In this document: in pieces, positions 31,588 through 42,085 of the stretch
Layout of the letters: each line of letters begins with the position of its first letter
Position numbering within the stretch: the first letter of the stretch is position 1
Assembly: GCA_963695855.1 (NCBI GenBank)
Contig: CAVOHZ010000003.1
Span: 128,001-192,000, forward strand
DNA length: 64,000 bases
Reading direction: 5' to 3'
DNA from: an uncultured Nitrososphaerales archaeon
GTDB lineage: Archaea; Thermoproteota; Nitrososphaeria; Nitrososphaerales; Nitrososphaeraceae
Notes under the pieces: generated by a model
Told to the model about the DNA's origin: nothing
The model's input: the letters and a program-made list of their open reading frames with translations, nothing else
Databases searched by the model: none
Program-made: the position numbers and the translations under genes

Positions 31588-32577
31588 GCTGTTTTGGACA
31601 ACTAGTTTAAATTATAATTTTTTTATTCCAATCCGATGTGTAGTAATCTGGCGTTATAGGTTTAAATCATTTATACAACGATGTTTTCAATATTCTCCCG
31701 TTTGTCATGTTCTCTAACCTTATAGCAGTAACATATTCTCCAAACATTCTCTTTATGCAGGATTAAACAATTTGTACAATACCTCTTTACGATAGCTAAC
31801 GCTATCATTTAATTTGCCAAGATCAGTATTCCATTCCATTACTCCAACATTTCCTTTATATATGCTCGTCTATTTCCCTGTAAAGTTCTTTCCTTTATTC
31901 CATATCACATTGCTCTAAATGATAAAAATTGTTGAAAATTGCTATTATTATCACACGAACAGTCCATACTGGCAGTATCTAGTTCTCAATCTGTTTTATT
32001 GTTATATTACCTGCCAAGTCGTGTGATACTAAGGAACCATGTAATTGTTCACTGCTGGATATCAGTAACCACAAAATTTTCTTCCTTCTTATGTCAACTG
32101 CTACACGTGCAGTTAGATAGCGTTTTTTAAATCTCTTTTTTTTAATATGCTCGTCTCTGAATGATACTTTGATTCCAGTAGAATCAATTGCTATTACAAA
32201 ATTATTATCATGTAAATTACAGTTAATGACCTCGTCGGAAATCTTGCTATCATCCGTCTATTCTTCTGATAATGTTACTATAATGAGGATTTGATGATAA
32301 TGCATTACAAGCACATGCTGGTACTATATCTTCAGTCTGTCTCTATGGTAAATGAAAGTAAACTCATATGTAATCCAACAATTTGGTATACGAAATTTCC
32401 ATCTTCTTTATACCTGGTAATATCTTCCATTTTAGTAATTCGGTTGTCAATAAGATCAAAATCAAGAAATCTCTGCTCTCTTTATAAGATATTAGTCTCT
32501 ATTTCCCGCAGTGAAAAAGATAATAGCATCAGGATTGATAGCTAAATATTTTAGGAATGTAACTTATGCAAGAATAC
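31588..32577 (-). mobile_element. heavily decayed IS5-family (IS903-like) element / transposase pseudogene
   Basis: Minus-strand fragments FVIAIDSTGIKV, VAVDIRRKKIL, DSVSY, KRMFGEYVTAIRLEN broken by stops and frameshifts; boundaries approximate. Confidence 0.75.
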
Positions 32578-32727
32578 ATTAAAATCAAATAAAGAGATTG
32601 GAATCAGGATAACCGATATTCAAATGTGATTTAAAAGTAAAATATGCTAATGTTTTTTTGCACCTAGTATTCATAAAATATAATGAAATAAAATTAATTT
32701 TTATTATCCTTATTTTATATTCAGAGT

Positions 32728-33780
32728 ATGATCTCTGCAAGAATAATTAAAACCAATGAATCTTTGATAATTGAGAATATGCAGCAACCAAAACCTGTAC
32801 ATACACAAGTTTTGGTACGAGTTAAAGCTGCTGGAATATGCCATAGTGACCTACACTTGTGGGAAGGAGGATACATTGGACCTGGTGGAAAAATCATGAA
32901 AGTAGAAGATAGAGGAGTTCGTTTCCCATTAACACCAGGGCATGAAGTAGCGGGTGTGGTGGAGGACATAGGAGAATCAGTATCATATTTTCAAAAAGGA
33001 GACAGAGTTTTGGTCTATCCTTGGATTGGGGACGAAATATGTTCTTCATGCAAGTCAGGGGATGAACATTTATGTGATAAACCTAGAACATTAGGAATTT
33101 ACCAAGATGGAGGCTACTCAGACTTAATTCTTGTTCCTAATTATAAATACCTAATAAAATTAGAACAGAATGATTTTGATTCTGCAGCTTCTCTTGCATG
33201 TTCTGGGTTAACTGCTTATACAGCAATAAAGAAAGCAGCTGCAACTCCCAATGATAATTTGGTAATTATTGGAGCTGGCGGATTGGGATTGATGGCAGTG
33301 CAGATAGCAAAATCAATCACTAATTCCAAAATTCTGGTTGTAGATGTGGACAATGAGAAATTAGAGGAAGCGAAGAAATTAGGTGCAGATCACATTATCA
33401 ATTCCGTGGAGACAGATCCTATCAAGAATGTAAAAGATTTAACAGGGGGAGAAGGTTGTGAAATAGTAATAGATTTTGTAAATAACAGTAAAACCGCGCC
33501 GGTAGCTATAGATAGTTTGAGGAAGCGAGGAAAATATATAATGATAGGATTATTCGGAGGATCTTTGGAATTGAATCTCCCATTGGTTCCCCTGAGAGCA
33601 TTTAATATAATGGGCGCTTATACTGGAAGAATCACAGACTTGGTTGAACTAGTATCTCTCTATAAAAAAGGAAAGATAAGTTCTGTTGTATCAAAGAAAT
33701 ACAAATTGGATGCCGTGAATGAGGCTCTACAAGATTTAAAGAACAGAAAAATTATTGGAAGAGCAGTATTTAATCCTTAA
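32728..33780 (+). CDS. zinc-dependent alcohol dehydrogenase
   Basis: GICHSDLH, PGHEVAG, structural Zn Cys cluster, GAGGLG. Confidence 0.93.
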   Translation: MISARIIKTNESLIIENMQQPKPVHTQVLVRVKAAGICHSDLHLWEGGYIGPGGKIMKVEDRGVRFPLTPGHEVAGVVEDIGESVSYFQKGDRVLVYPWIGDEICSSCKSGDEHLCDKPRTLGIYQDGGYSDLILVPNYKYLIKLEQNDFDSAASLACSGLTAYTAIKKAAATPNDNLVIIGAGGLGLMAVQIAKSITNSKILVVDVDNEKLEEAKKLGADHIINSVETDPIKNVKDLTGGEGCEIVIDFVNNSKTAPVAIDSLRKRGKYIMIGLFGGSLELNLPLVPLRAFNIMGAYTGRITDLVELVSLYKKGKISSVVSKKYKLDAVNEALQDLKNRKIIGRAVFNP

Positions 33781-33819
33781 AAATTTCTAATCCTTTATTT
33801 TTAATCTTCTTTAAGTGTA

Positions 33820-33978
33820 TCCCGCGAGCAGGATTTGCTCCAAATAACAATTGTTACTTTGTTTGAGCCTGCGACAATTCGGTTTCTGTTAAATGTAAGC
33901 CTGATAGGCTGATCACAACGGTTAGCTAAACAGCCAACTTCTACAGCCGAAAGCTCTACCAGGCTGAGCTATCGCGGG
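33820..33978 (-). tRNA. tRNA-Tyr(GTA) with two introns (33940-33884 at 37/38; 33862-33835 in the T loop, about 58/59)
   Basis: Removing both inserts gives the cloverleaf CCCGCGATAGCTCAGCCTGGTAGAGCTTTCGGCTGTAG|ACCGAATTGTCGCAGGCTCAA|ATCCTGCTCGCGGGA; 4-bp helices CTGT/ACAG and GCTC/GAGC with 3-nt bulges at the junctions. Confidence 0.92.
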
Positions 33979-34041
33979 ATACCTGCTGTGAAACATATAT
34001 TATATATAATTGATTCTAAGCAGACATTCAAAGATTCAATT

Positions 34042-35064
34042 TCAATTCGACATGAATTCAGATAAATACAATGAGGAATAAGTAATTATTTTATCTGCTC
34101 CAGATCTTTTAAGTGAACCCAAGAGATTTAAAAGAAAGTGGATCTCATCTATTACTCCCTTCTTTGATGCTGCTTTTATCATCGAGTATTCGCCAGACAC
34201 AATCTGGACTACTGTTGGAACGGTGTATTTCTTACTAACTTGATAAACCAAATCTAAAGAAGTAATAGAAGGTTTTAACATTATCATATCTGCACCTTCT
34301 CGAATATCAAATTCAATCTCCCTAAGCATCTCCATGGTGTTGCAATATGATACCTGATAGGATGATTTGTCCAAGTATTTCTGAAAGTTGAGGAATACTC
34401 CGGATTGAAATGGTTTATAAAGCGACGATGATTGTTTTGCTGAAAATGAAAGTATTTGGGTTTTCTTATATCCCTCGGTATCTAGTTTTTTCCTAATACA
34501 ACGTACTTGACCATCCATCATTGATGAAGGAGCTACAATATCGGCTCCAGCATTGGAATGACTTAACGCTATCTTAGCGAGATAATCGACGGTTTGATCA
34601 TTTTTAATTTCATTATTTTTGCTAGTTATACCGCAATGTCCTGATTCGTTATAGTGGCATAGGCATATATCAGTAATCAATTTTAGTTTATCTCCAAAAT
34701 TAGATTTCAATGTTCTTACTGTCTTTTGAACAACTCCGTTAGATGAAAACGCTAAAGAACCATCTATTGTTTTATTTCTTGGTATTCCAAACAATATGAT
34801 TGATTTGATACCTTTATCTACTATATCTTCTACCGAATCAATTATTTTATGATAGGGAATCTGAAAAATTCCAGGCATTGATCCAAATTGTTGATACTTT
34901 CCCATCTCAGTAATAAAAATTGGATAAATCAGATCATCTTTATATAGTCTAAAATTTTTTGTCAATTCCAAGTAAAATTTTTGATCTGATTCTGGCATCC
35001 TTATTACACCGTTGATCCAATTATTCATAGTTACACCGTTGATCCAATTATTCATAGCTACCAT
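34042..35064 (-). CDS. hemB: porphobilinogen synthase (ALA dehydratase), Zn-type
   Basis: DICLCHYNESGHCG, APSSMMDGQV, SAK, EGADMIMLKP, VSGEYSMIKAA. Confidence 0.92.
   Translation of the reverse strand: MVAMNNWINGVTMNNWINGVIRMPESDQKFYLELTKNFRLYKDDLIYPIFITEMGKYQQFGSMPGIFQIPYHKIIDSVEDIVDKGIKSIILFGIPRNKTIDGSLAFSSNGVVQKTVRTLKSNFGDKLKLITDICLCHYNESGHCGITSKNNEIKNDQTVDYLAKIALSHSNAGADIVAPSSMMDGQVRCIRKKLDTEGYKKTQILSFSAKQSSSLYKPFQSGVFLNFQKYLDKSSYQVSYCNTMEMLREIEFDIREGADMIMLKPSITSLDLVYQVSKKYTVPTVVQIVSGEYSMIKAASKKGVIDEIHFLLNLLGSLKRSGADKIITYSSLYLSEFMSN
35004..35057. repeat. perfect 27-bp tandem duplication at the hemB 5' end
   Basis: TTACACCGTTGATCCAATTATTCATAG x2, encoding MNNWINGV twice. Confidence 0.95.
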
Positions 35065-35109
35065 GCATGAATATCATACCATTTGATTTAATGATAAATT
35101 GCTTCTTTT

Positions 35110-35775
35110 TCATTTTTTTTCATCTTCAGAGAGAGTCCAAGGAAACCATTTCCCAATAATCTTTCCCCAATCTATTTTCAAGTATAAATAAATTATTACT
35201 ACCAATACTATGATACTCGCACTTATTCCAAGATAAAGATAAATAGGATCGGTTTTTCCAGAAGTAAGAGAATCAACTACGGGACGACCTAGGAAAACGC
35301 TACCAAAAACAATTATTTCATTTAAAATAAATTTTCCTGAGAATGTGGATATGGCAAATTTCCATGGACTATATTTTGCTAAACCAAGTGGAATATATAC
35401 CAAGTCGTCAGGTATTGGAGTCATTGCTGCTATAAACGCCCCAGGCCATCCATATTTGGATACCAATCTTTGCAGGGGCAACATCCTCTTCTTAGTTTTG
35501 GTACTCAAAATACGCCGTCCGTAATAACTTACATAAAAAATAATCAATTTAGCTATAACAGCACCTAGAGCACTCACAATAGATACAAGATGAGGATCTA
35601 ACTGTTTATCAATTCCTGCCGTAAACAAAATCGGAAAATAAGGAACTGGTATAAATACAACTATACTTCCCAGAAAACTTATTATCAGTATTCCTAAATA
35701 TCTACCTATGATACCATATTCTTCTACGTATCCAAAATCTTGAAAGAATGAAAGCAGATCATTAGTATTTTCCAA
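35110..35775 (-). CDS. DedA/VTT (SNARE-associated) membrane protein
   Basis: FIPVPY, AMTPIPDDLVYIPLGL..YS.WKF. Confidence 0.88.
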   Translation of the reverse strand: MENTNDLLSFFQDFGYVEEYGIIGRYLGILIISFLGSIVVFIPVPYFPILFTAGIDKQLDPHLVSIVSALGAVIAKLIIFYVSYYGRRILSTKTKKRMLPLQRLVSKYGWPGAFIAAMTPIPDDLVYIPLGLAKYSPWKFAISTFSGKFILNEIIVFGSVFLGRPVVDSLTSGKTDPIYLYLGISASIIVLVVIIYLYLKIDWGKIIGKWFPWTLSEDEKK

Positions 35776-35905
35776 GTATCGTTACTCCTTTTCCTTGTAT
35801 CTAATCGGTATTTAAGTGAATAATGAGATCAATAAAATTTCTCATACACTTGATATTAATATTATTTTCATATATTATTTTAATAAAAGTAAATATGTGT
35901 CTCAT

Positions 35906-37363
35906 TTAGTAGGCTTTTGCAAAAATAACAACATGTTTTGAGGGCTTTCTACAGAATATACAACGAGTATTTTCGTCTTTTTCCTCTAAATCAAAAGGAA
36001 TTATCCTAATATCTGCACCGGTATCGTTTTTTATTTTATTTTCGCAATCTTCATTTCCACACCAAGTGGATAATATAAAGCCGCTATTCTTATCTAATTT
36101 ATCTCGCATGTCCTCATAATTTGAAACACTATGAAAATTATTCAGATGAAACTGCAACGCCTTATCATACATTGCCTTTTGAATATCAGATAAAATAGTA
36201 ATAAGAGTTCTTATTAAGTTGTTTCTTCTTTCAATAATTAATTTCTCCTTTGTATCTCTTCTGACAAGTTCTAACTTTTCATTATTTAGATCCCTTGAAC
36301 CTAGATTAATTCTAAGTGGTATCCCCTTTATTTCCCAATCATTGAACTTCCATCCTGATGTATATCCATCTCTTGCATCCAGGTAACTTCTCAATCCTCC
36401 TGATACCAATTCATTTTGCAATATTCTTGATTCTTCAATTACCAAATCTTTATTGCTATTTTTATAGATTGGTACGATAACTACCTGGATAGGTGCAACA
36501 TTTGGAGGTAAAATTAAGCCTTTGTCATCTCCATGAACCATTATTAATGCGCCTATTAATCTCCAGGACATTCCCCAAGAAGTTTGCCATGCAAAATATT
36601 GCTTAGAATCCTTTCCAAGAAATCTTATCTCGAATGGTTTCGAAAAATTTTGTCCGAGATTGTGAGATGTCGCCATTTGTAAGGCCTTGCCATCAGGCAT
36701 TATAGATTCAAGGCTGGTAGTATACGAGGCTCCAACGAATTTCTCTTTTTCAGTCTTTAAACCTTTCACTGTAGGGATAGCAAGATAATTTTCTATTAAT
36801 TCTTGGTAATATCCTAAAATTAGTAAAACTTCATTTTCGGCATCGCTGCTAGTTTCATGGACCGTATGTCCCTCTTGCCAAAGAAATTCAGAATTTCTTA
36901 TAAAGGGTTTTGTAGATTTTATTTCCGCCCTGAGAGCAGAATTCCAAAAATTTATTTTTAAGGGCAGGTCACGATGACTCATTATCCATTTTGAAAAAAT
37001 GCTATAAGCTAAAGTTTCTGAGGTTGGACGAACGGCTAATTTATCTGAAAGATTATTGTTTCCGGCCTTCGTAACCCAAAATACTTCTGGAGTAAATCCA
37101 GTAAAGTGGTCTTTCTCTTTCGAAAGAAGACTTTCTGGAATCAATATAGGTAAAAAACCATTCTCATGTCCAGAGTCTTTTAGTTTCTTGTCAAGAATCT
37201 CTTTGATATTTTCCCAAATTCGATATCCATAAGGTCTAAGAATAATAAATCCCTTAACTGGAGAATAATCAACTAACCCTGATTTGGTAACCGCTTGGGT
37301 GTACCATTCAGAAAAATTATCATTTTTCTTTACAGTTATTCCGATTTCCTTAGATCCTGACAA
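35906..37363 (-). CDS. proS: proline--tRNA ligase
   Basis: FSEWY, VRPTSET, EFLWQEGHT, HGDDKGLILPP, C-terminal FAKAY. Confidence 0.97.
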   Translation of the reverse strand: MSGSKEIGITVKKNDNFSEWYTQAVTKSGLVDYSPVKGFIILRPYGYRIWENIKEILDKKLKDSGHENGFLPILIPESLLSKEKDHFTGFTPEVFWVTKAGNNNLSDKLAVRPTSETLAYSIFSKWIMSHRDLPLKINFWNSALRAEIKSTKPFIRNSEFLWQEGHTVHETSSDAENEVLLILGYYQELIENYLAIPTVKGLKTEKEKFVGASYTTSLESIMPDGKALQMATSHNLGQNFSKPFEIRFLGKDSKQYFAWQTSWGMSWRLIGALIMVHGDDKGLILPPNVAPIQVVIVPIYKNSNKDLVIEESRILQNELVSGGLRSYLDARDGYTSGWKFNDWEIKGIPLRINLGSRDLNNEKLELVRRDTKEKLIIERRNNLIRTLITILSDIQKAMYDKALQFHLNNFHSVSNYEDMRDKLDKNSGFILSTWCGNEDCENKIKNDTGADIRIIPFDLEEKDENTRCIFCRKPSKHVVIFAKAY

Positions 37364-37408
37364 ACATTCATTCCTCTTTTTAAGGGTTTCGAATATTCAT
37401 TTTTAAAA

Positions 37409-37720
37409 TTAAAGTGGTTCTCCACGACAGTATACTTTCCCAGAAATCCTACTATGGAAATTTTTACAAACATAACATTGTATAAAAGGAACTTCTTTTT
37501 GCAATACTGGACAATCGACTGATTCCATTTTCATCCTTTTAAGCATTTTTGGACTAACTCCTTTTAATTTTAGTTTACCTTTGTCATCCATCATACCAAT
37601 TCCCTTTAATTGATTTTTAACGTCATCAGTTAATCTAGAACTTTTTTCCGTTAATTTTATAGGTACTATGAATTTTGTTTCAGTATCAAGATTATTGTTA
37701 GAATTTGAATCTTCCATCAA
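37409..37720 (-). CDS. hypothetical Cys-rich protein
   Basis: DCPVL...QCYVC...YCRG. Confidence 0.7.
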   Translation of the reverse strand: MMEDSNSNNNLDTETKFIVPIKLTEKSSRLTDDVKNQLKGIGMMDDKGKLKLKGVSPKMLKRMKMESVDCPVLQKEVPFIQCYVCKNFHSRISGKVYCRGEPL

Positions 37721-37826
37721 ATTATTTTTCCTTCAATAGAATATATTTGATTTCCTTACCAAAATTGTTTATGAAAAAATAGAATTACTTTTTATATTAT
37801 AACTTCTTTAAAACACTATTAACGAA

Positions 37827-39023
37827 TTGAATTCAGAGCTGATACCGTGTAAGAATAGTATTGTATCTGAAATTCTCCAAAAGTGTTTTGAAAAAAAAAC
37901 TCTATCAAAAGAGGAAATTCTCTTATTATTAGAGTCAAAAGAAGATCGTTCTCTATTCCATGTTGCTTCCTTTCTAAAGGAAATTTATAAAAAAAAGACG
38001 ATAACCTACTCAAGAAAAATTTTCATCAACATCACAAATTTATGTAAGGATTTTTGTTCCTATTGTACCTACAGAAAAGATCCTTTTCATCAACAAGCAG
38101 TTATGATGTATCCAAATGAAATATTGGATTTGGCAGAGAAAGGAAAAAAATACAAGTGTACTGAAGCTTTGATAGTTTCAGGAGAAAGACCAGAAGAGCG
38201 GTATAAAGAAGCAAAAGATTGGTTGAGATCACTAAATTTTAAGTCTACTGCTGAATATGTTAGCAACATTTCAGAAAAAATAACTAAAAAAACCGGATTG
38301 CTTTCACATTCTAATTTGGGAAATATATCCAAGGATGAGATGAAAATGTTAAAAGAATATAATGTTAGTTTGGGATTAATGTTGGAGTCTTCAACATATA
38401 GATTAAGAGAGAAAGGGATGGCTCATGAATATGCACCAAGCAAGGACCCAGGAATCAGGTTAGAAACAATTGAAAATGCAGGTATATTAAAAATTCCTTT
38501 AACTACAGGAATATTGATAGGTATAGGAGAGAGTATTGAGGAAATAATAGACTCGATTTTGTTAATTGGAAATATTAATGCAAAATATGGTCACATTCAG
38601 GAAATTATCCTCCAAAACTTTAGGCCAAAAACTAATACGAAAATGCGTAATATGCCCCCTCCAGAAGATAATCTTTTTTTGAGATTAGTTGCAATGTCAC
38701 GAATATTGTTGCCTACAATGAATATACAAATTCCACCTAATTTATCTCCATTAAACTATAGATCGTTTATTGATGTTGGAATTAATGATTGGGGAGGTAT
38801 TTCACCACTTACTGTTGATCACGTAAATCCAGAATTTGCTTGGCCTGATATTAAAGACATAGAAAAAAATACTCGATCAAAGAACCAAATTTTGAGAGCA
38901 AGACTCCCTATTTATCCCGAATTTATAAAAAAAGAATTCGTTAATTCAACTCTAGAAAATTATATAGATAATCTAATGGATAAAGACGGATTAGTAAAAG
39001 AGGAATATTTAAATGAATTTTGA
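37827..39023 (+). CDS. cofG: FO synthase subunit CofG (F420 biosynthesis)
   Basis: ITYSRKIF, CKDFCSYC radical-SAM motif, GLMLES, GHIQEII.QNF, IQIPPNL, DWGGISP. Confidence 0.93.
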   Translation: MNSELIPCKNSIVSEILQKCFEKKTLSKEEILLLLESKEDRSLFHVASFLKEIYKKKTITYSRKIFINITNLCKDFCSYCTYRKDPFHQQAVMMYPNEILDLAEKGKKYKCTEALIVSGERPEERYKEAKDWLRSLNFKSTAEYVSNISEKITKKTGLLSHSNLGNISKDEMKMLKEYNVSLGLMLESSTYRLREKGMAHEYAPSKDPGIRLETIENAGILKIPLTTGILIGIGESIEEIIDSILLIGNINAKYGHIQEIILQNFRPKTNTKMRNMPPPEDNLFLRLVAMSRILLPTMNIQIPPNLSPLNYRSFIDVGINDWGGISPLTVDHVNPEFAWPDIKDIEKNTRSKNQILRARLPIYPEFIKKEFVNSTLENYIDNLMDKDGLVKEEYLNEF

Positions 39024-40257
39024 AAGTATTCAAAAATACATTGACCCAGTAATTTCAGAAATTTTAGACAAAGCAGTGGACAATAAAGAAATTACTATTT
39101 CTGAAGTAGTAGAATTACTCGATTGTAAGGGAATGGAAATGAGCATGTTAATTGTTGTTGCAAATTATCTTCGTGAAATTAAAAATGGCAATGTGGTTAC
39201 ATATGTTTTGAACAGAAATATTAATTTCACTAACGTTTGCATCAAAAGATGTGGATTCTGTGCTTTTAGTAGAGATTTTAGACAAGAGGAAGGATATTTT
39301 TTACCAACTGAAGAAGTTGTTAGGAGATCAAAAGAAGCATATCAATACGGAGCAACAGAAGTTTGTATACAAGCTGGACTACCTCCCAAGATGGAGGGAA
39401 ATCTATACGTAGAACTATGTAATTCAATTAAAAAAGAAATTCCAAATATTCATATTCATGCTTTTTCACCAGAGGAGATAATGTATGGGGCTCAACGTTC
39501 AAATATTTCAGTAAAAGAATATCTAAGTAGGCTAAAAGACGCAGGACTAGATAGTATTCCAGGAACTGCTGCTGAAATACTTGACCAAGAGATTAGAAAT
39601 ATTATTTCACCTGGAAGAATTTCTGTAAAAGACTGGATTGATACTATAAAGACAGCTCACTCCATTGGAATCCCATCAACTTCTACAATTATGTATGGGC
39701 ATATCGAATCTCATAAACACATTGCAGAACATTTGCAGATAATAAAAAACATACAAAAGGAAACTAGAGGGTTTACAGAATTTGTTCCCCTAAGCTTTGT
39801 TCATACTGAAGCACCCATGTTTAACAAGAATTTAATACACAATATAAGCCCGGGTCCAGATGGAGCATATGTATTGAAAGTGCATGCAGTGTCAAGAATT
39901 TTCCTTAATAGCTATATAAACAACATACAAGTTTCTTGGGTAAAGGAAGGTCCCAGGATGAGTCAAATCTTGTTAGACGCAGGAGTGAATGATTTTGGTG
40001 GAACATTGATAAATGAAAGTATTTCTACGTCCGCTGGTGCAAATAATGGACAAATATTAAAACCAAAGAATATCAGACAAATAATTCACAGTGCTGGAAA
40101 AATTCCAGCACAGAGAACTTCAAGGTATAAAATCATTAAAAAATTCTGCGAAGAAGACTATGATGACGAAGAGCTATTGGATAAGGCTGACGCCGAATCG
40201 TTTGGATCATATCAAGAATTAATTAAATTAGATAAGTTCAGATTCAGAAAAGAATAA
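39013..40257 (+). CDS. cofH: FO synthase subunit CofH
   Basis: NRNINFTNVCIKRCGFC, HAFSPEE, PGTAAEIL, IQVSWVKEG, ESISTSAG. Confidence 0.93.
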   Translation: MNFESIQKYIDPVISEILDKAVDNKEITISEVVELLDCKGMEMSMLIVVANYLREIKNGNVVTYVLNRNINFTNVCIKRCGFCAFSRDFRQEEGYFLPTEEVVRRSKEAYQYGATEVCIQAGLPPKMEGNLYVELCNSIKKEIPNIHIHAFSPEEIMYGAQRSNISVKEYLSRLKDAGLDSIPGTAAEILDQEIRNIISPGRISVKDWIDTIKTAHSIGIPSTSTIMYGHIESHKHIAEHLQIIKNIQKETRGFTEFVPLSFVHTEAPMFNKNLIHNISPGPDGAYVLKVHAVSRIFLNSYINNIQVSWVKEGPRMSQILLDAGVNDFGGTLINESISTSAGANNGQILKPKNIRQIIHSAGKIPAQRTSRYKIIKKFCEEDYDDEELLDKADAESFGSYQELIKLDKFRFRKE

Positions 40258-40390
40258 GAAAACCTATTAAAACCAAACTAGAAAATTTATAAATATCGAT
40301 CTTCTAATATCATTTTTATAAAGTCTAAACACCATATTTCTAAAATAAGAATTGGTAAGATTTATCAATAGTAATAGATTTTCATAATTT

Positions 40391-42085
40391 TTGTATAAAT
40401 ATATGAATAATTCTCTAAAAAATTCTTTCAAATGGAAAACATTGCAACATAATGGAGTTGCTTTTCCTCCAGATTATTCCTACAAGGGAATAAAAATTGC
40501 GATAAAAAATGATCAATTTCAATTAAATAAAGACCAAGAAGAATTGATATATGCCTGGGCAAAAAAGAAAGATTCTCATTATATTCAAGATATTGTATTT
40601 CAAAAAAACTTCTTAACAGATCTTAAAAAATTATTACCTAACAGATTTCAATACATCAAAAATATTAGCGATATTGATTTTTCTGAGATTTTCGGACTAG
40701 TCGATGAAGAACAAAGAATAAAATATCTAGAGAAGGAAAAAATCAAATCATTACCTAGAGAAGAGAAAAAAAAACTATCAACAGAAAAGAAAAAACAAAA
40801 AGAGTTGTTGAAAAAAACATATGGCATAGCAATAATAGACGGAGTTGAAGTGGAGGTCGCAAACTGGTTAGTTGAACCACCGGGATTGTTTATGGGAAGA
40901 GGATTACATCCTCTAAGAGGACGATGGAAACCAAGAATAAGACCTCAGGACGTTATATTGAACTTGGATGAAAATTCTCCTGTTCCCGAGGGGGTATGGA
41001 AGAAGGTTGTACATGATCATTCCTCTACATGGCTTGCAACATGGACGGAAACATTAACTAGTAAGAGAAAGTATGTTTGGTTACACGATTCTGCATTATT
41101 AAGACAAGATAAAGATAGAGAAAAATATGATAAAGCTAAAAATCTAGAAAAACATGTGGAGAAAATTGAAAAGGATATAATAAATAAAATGATCAACGAA
41201 AAAGATCTTAATCAAAAAAAAATTGCAACAGTTTGCTATCTCATATTAAAATTAGCTATGAGAGTTGGCGACGAAAAAGATACTGATGAAACTGATACTG
41301 TAGGAGCATCAACTTTAAGAGTAGAACATATTAAATTTCCTGAAACAGATGATGGAAGAAAATTTATACAATTTAATTTTCTTGGGAAGGATAGCGTACC
41401 TTGGCAAAAAACCATTGAAATAAGCTCAATAGACACAAATACATTATATGAAAACCTACGATTTTTTATGATAGATAAACAGAAGGATAGTGAAATTTTT
41501 GACAATATAAACTCTGCAAAGGTTAATTCTTTCTTAAGGAATCTTGATCCTAAAAATGTTCCCGGATTGACTGCAAAAGTATTTAGAACATATTTAGCAA
41601 CAAAAATTGTTAAAGATGCATTAAAATCGCCACCTGTACAAGTGGGTAAAAATTCATCTGAATTCAAAAAAATCTATATCGCAAAGATCGCAAATTTAAC
41701 CGCAGCTATAGAATGTAATCACAAAAAAGGAATTGATCCTAATAATCCAGCAAGTAAGAAGGCTATCGAAAGATTGGAAGAATCATTAGAAAAAAAGAAG
41801 CAAACAATTATGAATCTAAGAAATGATATCAAATTGAAAAAATGGAAAACAGAAAAGCAAAAAGAAAAGTTAGAATCCAGAATTGAAAAAATAACATATC
41901 AATTAAAACTGCAGAAGGAAACTAGTGACTACAATCTTGGAACATCATTGAGAAATTATATTGATCCAAGAGTGATGAAGTGGTGGATGGATAGCGTAAA
42001 TCTGGATTGGAAGAAAGTATACACAACAACCCTCCAAAGAAAATTTAAATGGATAGAAACATCTGAAATATCAAAGGATGTCTAA
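40391..42085 (+). CDS. DNA topoisomerase IB (eukaryote-like)
   Basis: KWKTLQHNG, EPPGLFMGRG.HP, MRVGDEKD, FLGKDS, TAKVFRTY, CNH, NYIDPR; all catalytic residues present. Confidence 0.95.
   Translation: MYKYMNNSLKNSFKWKTLQHNGVAFPPDYSYKGIKIAIKNDQFQLNKDQEELIYAWAKKKDSHYIQDIVFQKNFLTDLKKLLPNRFQYIKNISDIDFSEIFGLVDEEQRIKYLEKEKIKSLPREEKKKLSTEKKKQKELLKKTYGIAIIDGVEVEVANWLVEPPGLFMGRGLHPLRGRWKPRIRPQDVILNLDENSPVPEGVWKKVVHDHSSTWLATWTETLTSKRKYVWLHDSALLRQDKDREKYDKAKNLEKHVEKIEKDIINKMINEKDLNQKKIATVCYLILKLAMRVGDEKDTDETDTVGASTLRVEHIKFPETDDGRKFIQFNFLGKDSVPWQKTIEISSIDTNTLYENLRFFMIDKQKDSEIFDNINSAKVNSFLRNLDPKNVPGLTAKVFRTYLATKIVKDALKSPPVQVGKNSSEFKKIYIAKIANLTAAIECNHKKGIDPNNPASKKAIERLEESLEKKKQTIMNLRNDIKLKKWKTEKQKEKLESRIEKITYQLKLQKETSDYNLGTSLRNYIDPRVMKWWMDSVNLDWKKVYTTTLQRKFKWIETSEISKDV

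Noticed and set aside
31209-32545. Short plus-strand ORFs at 31209, 31939 and 32291
   Set aside because: Antisense to the wHTH gene or to the decayed transposase
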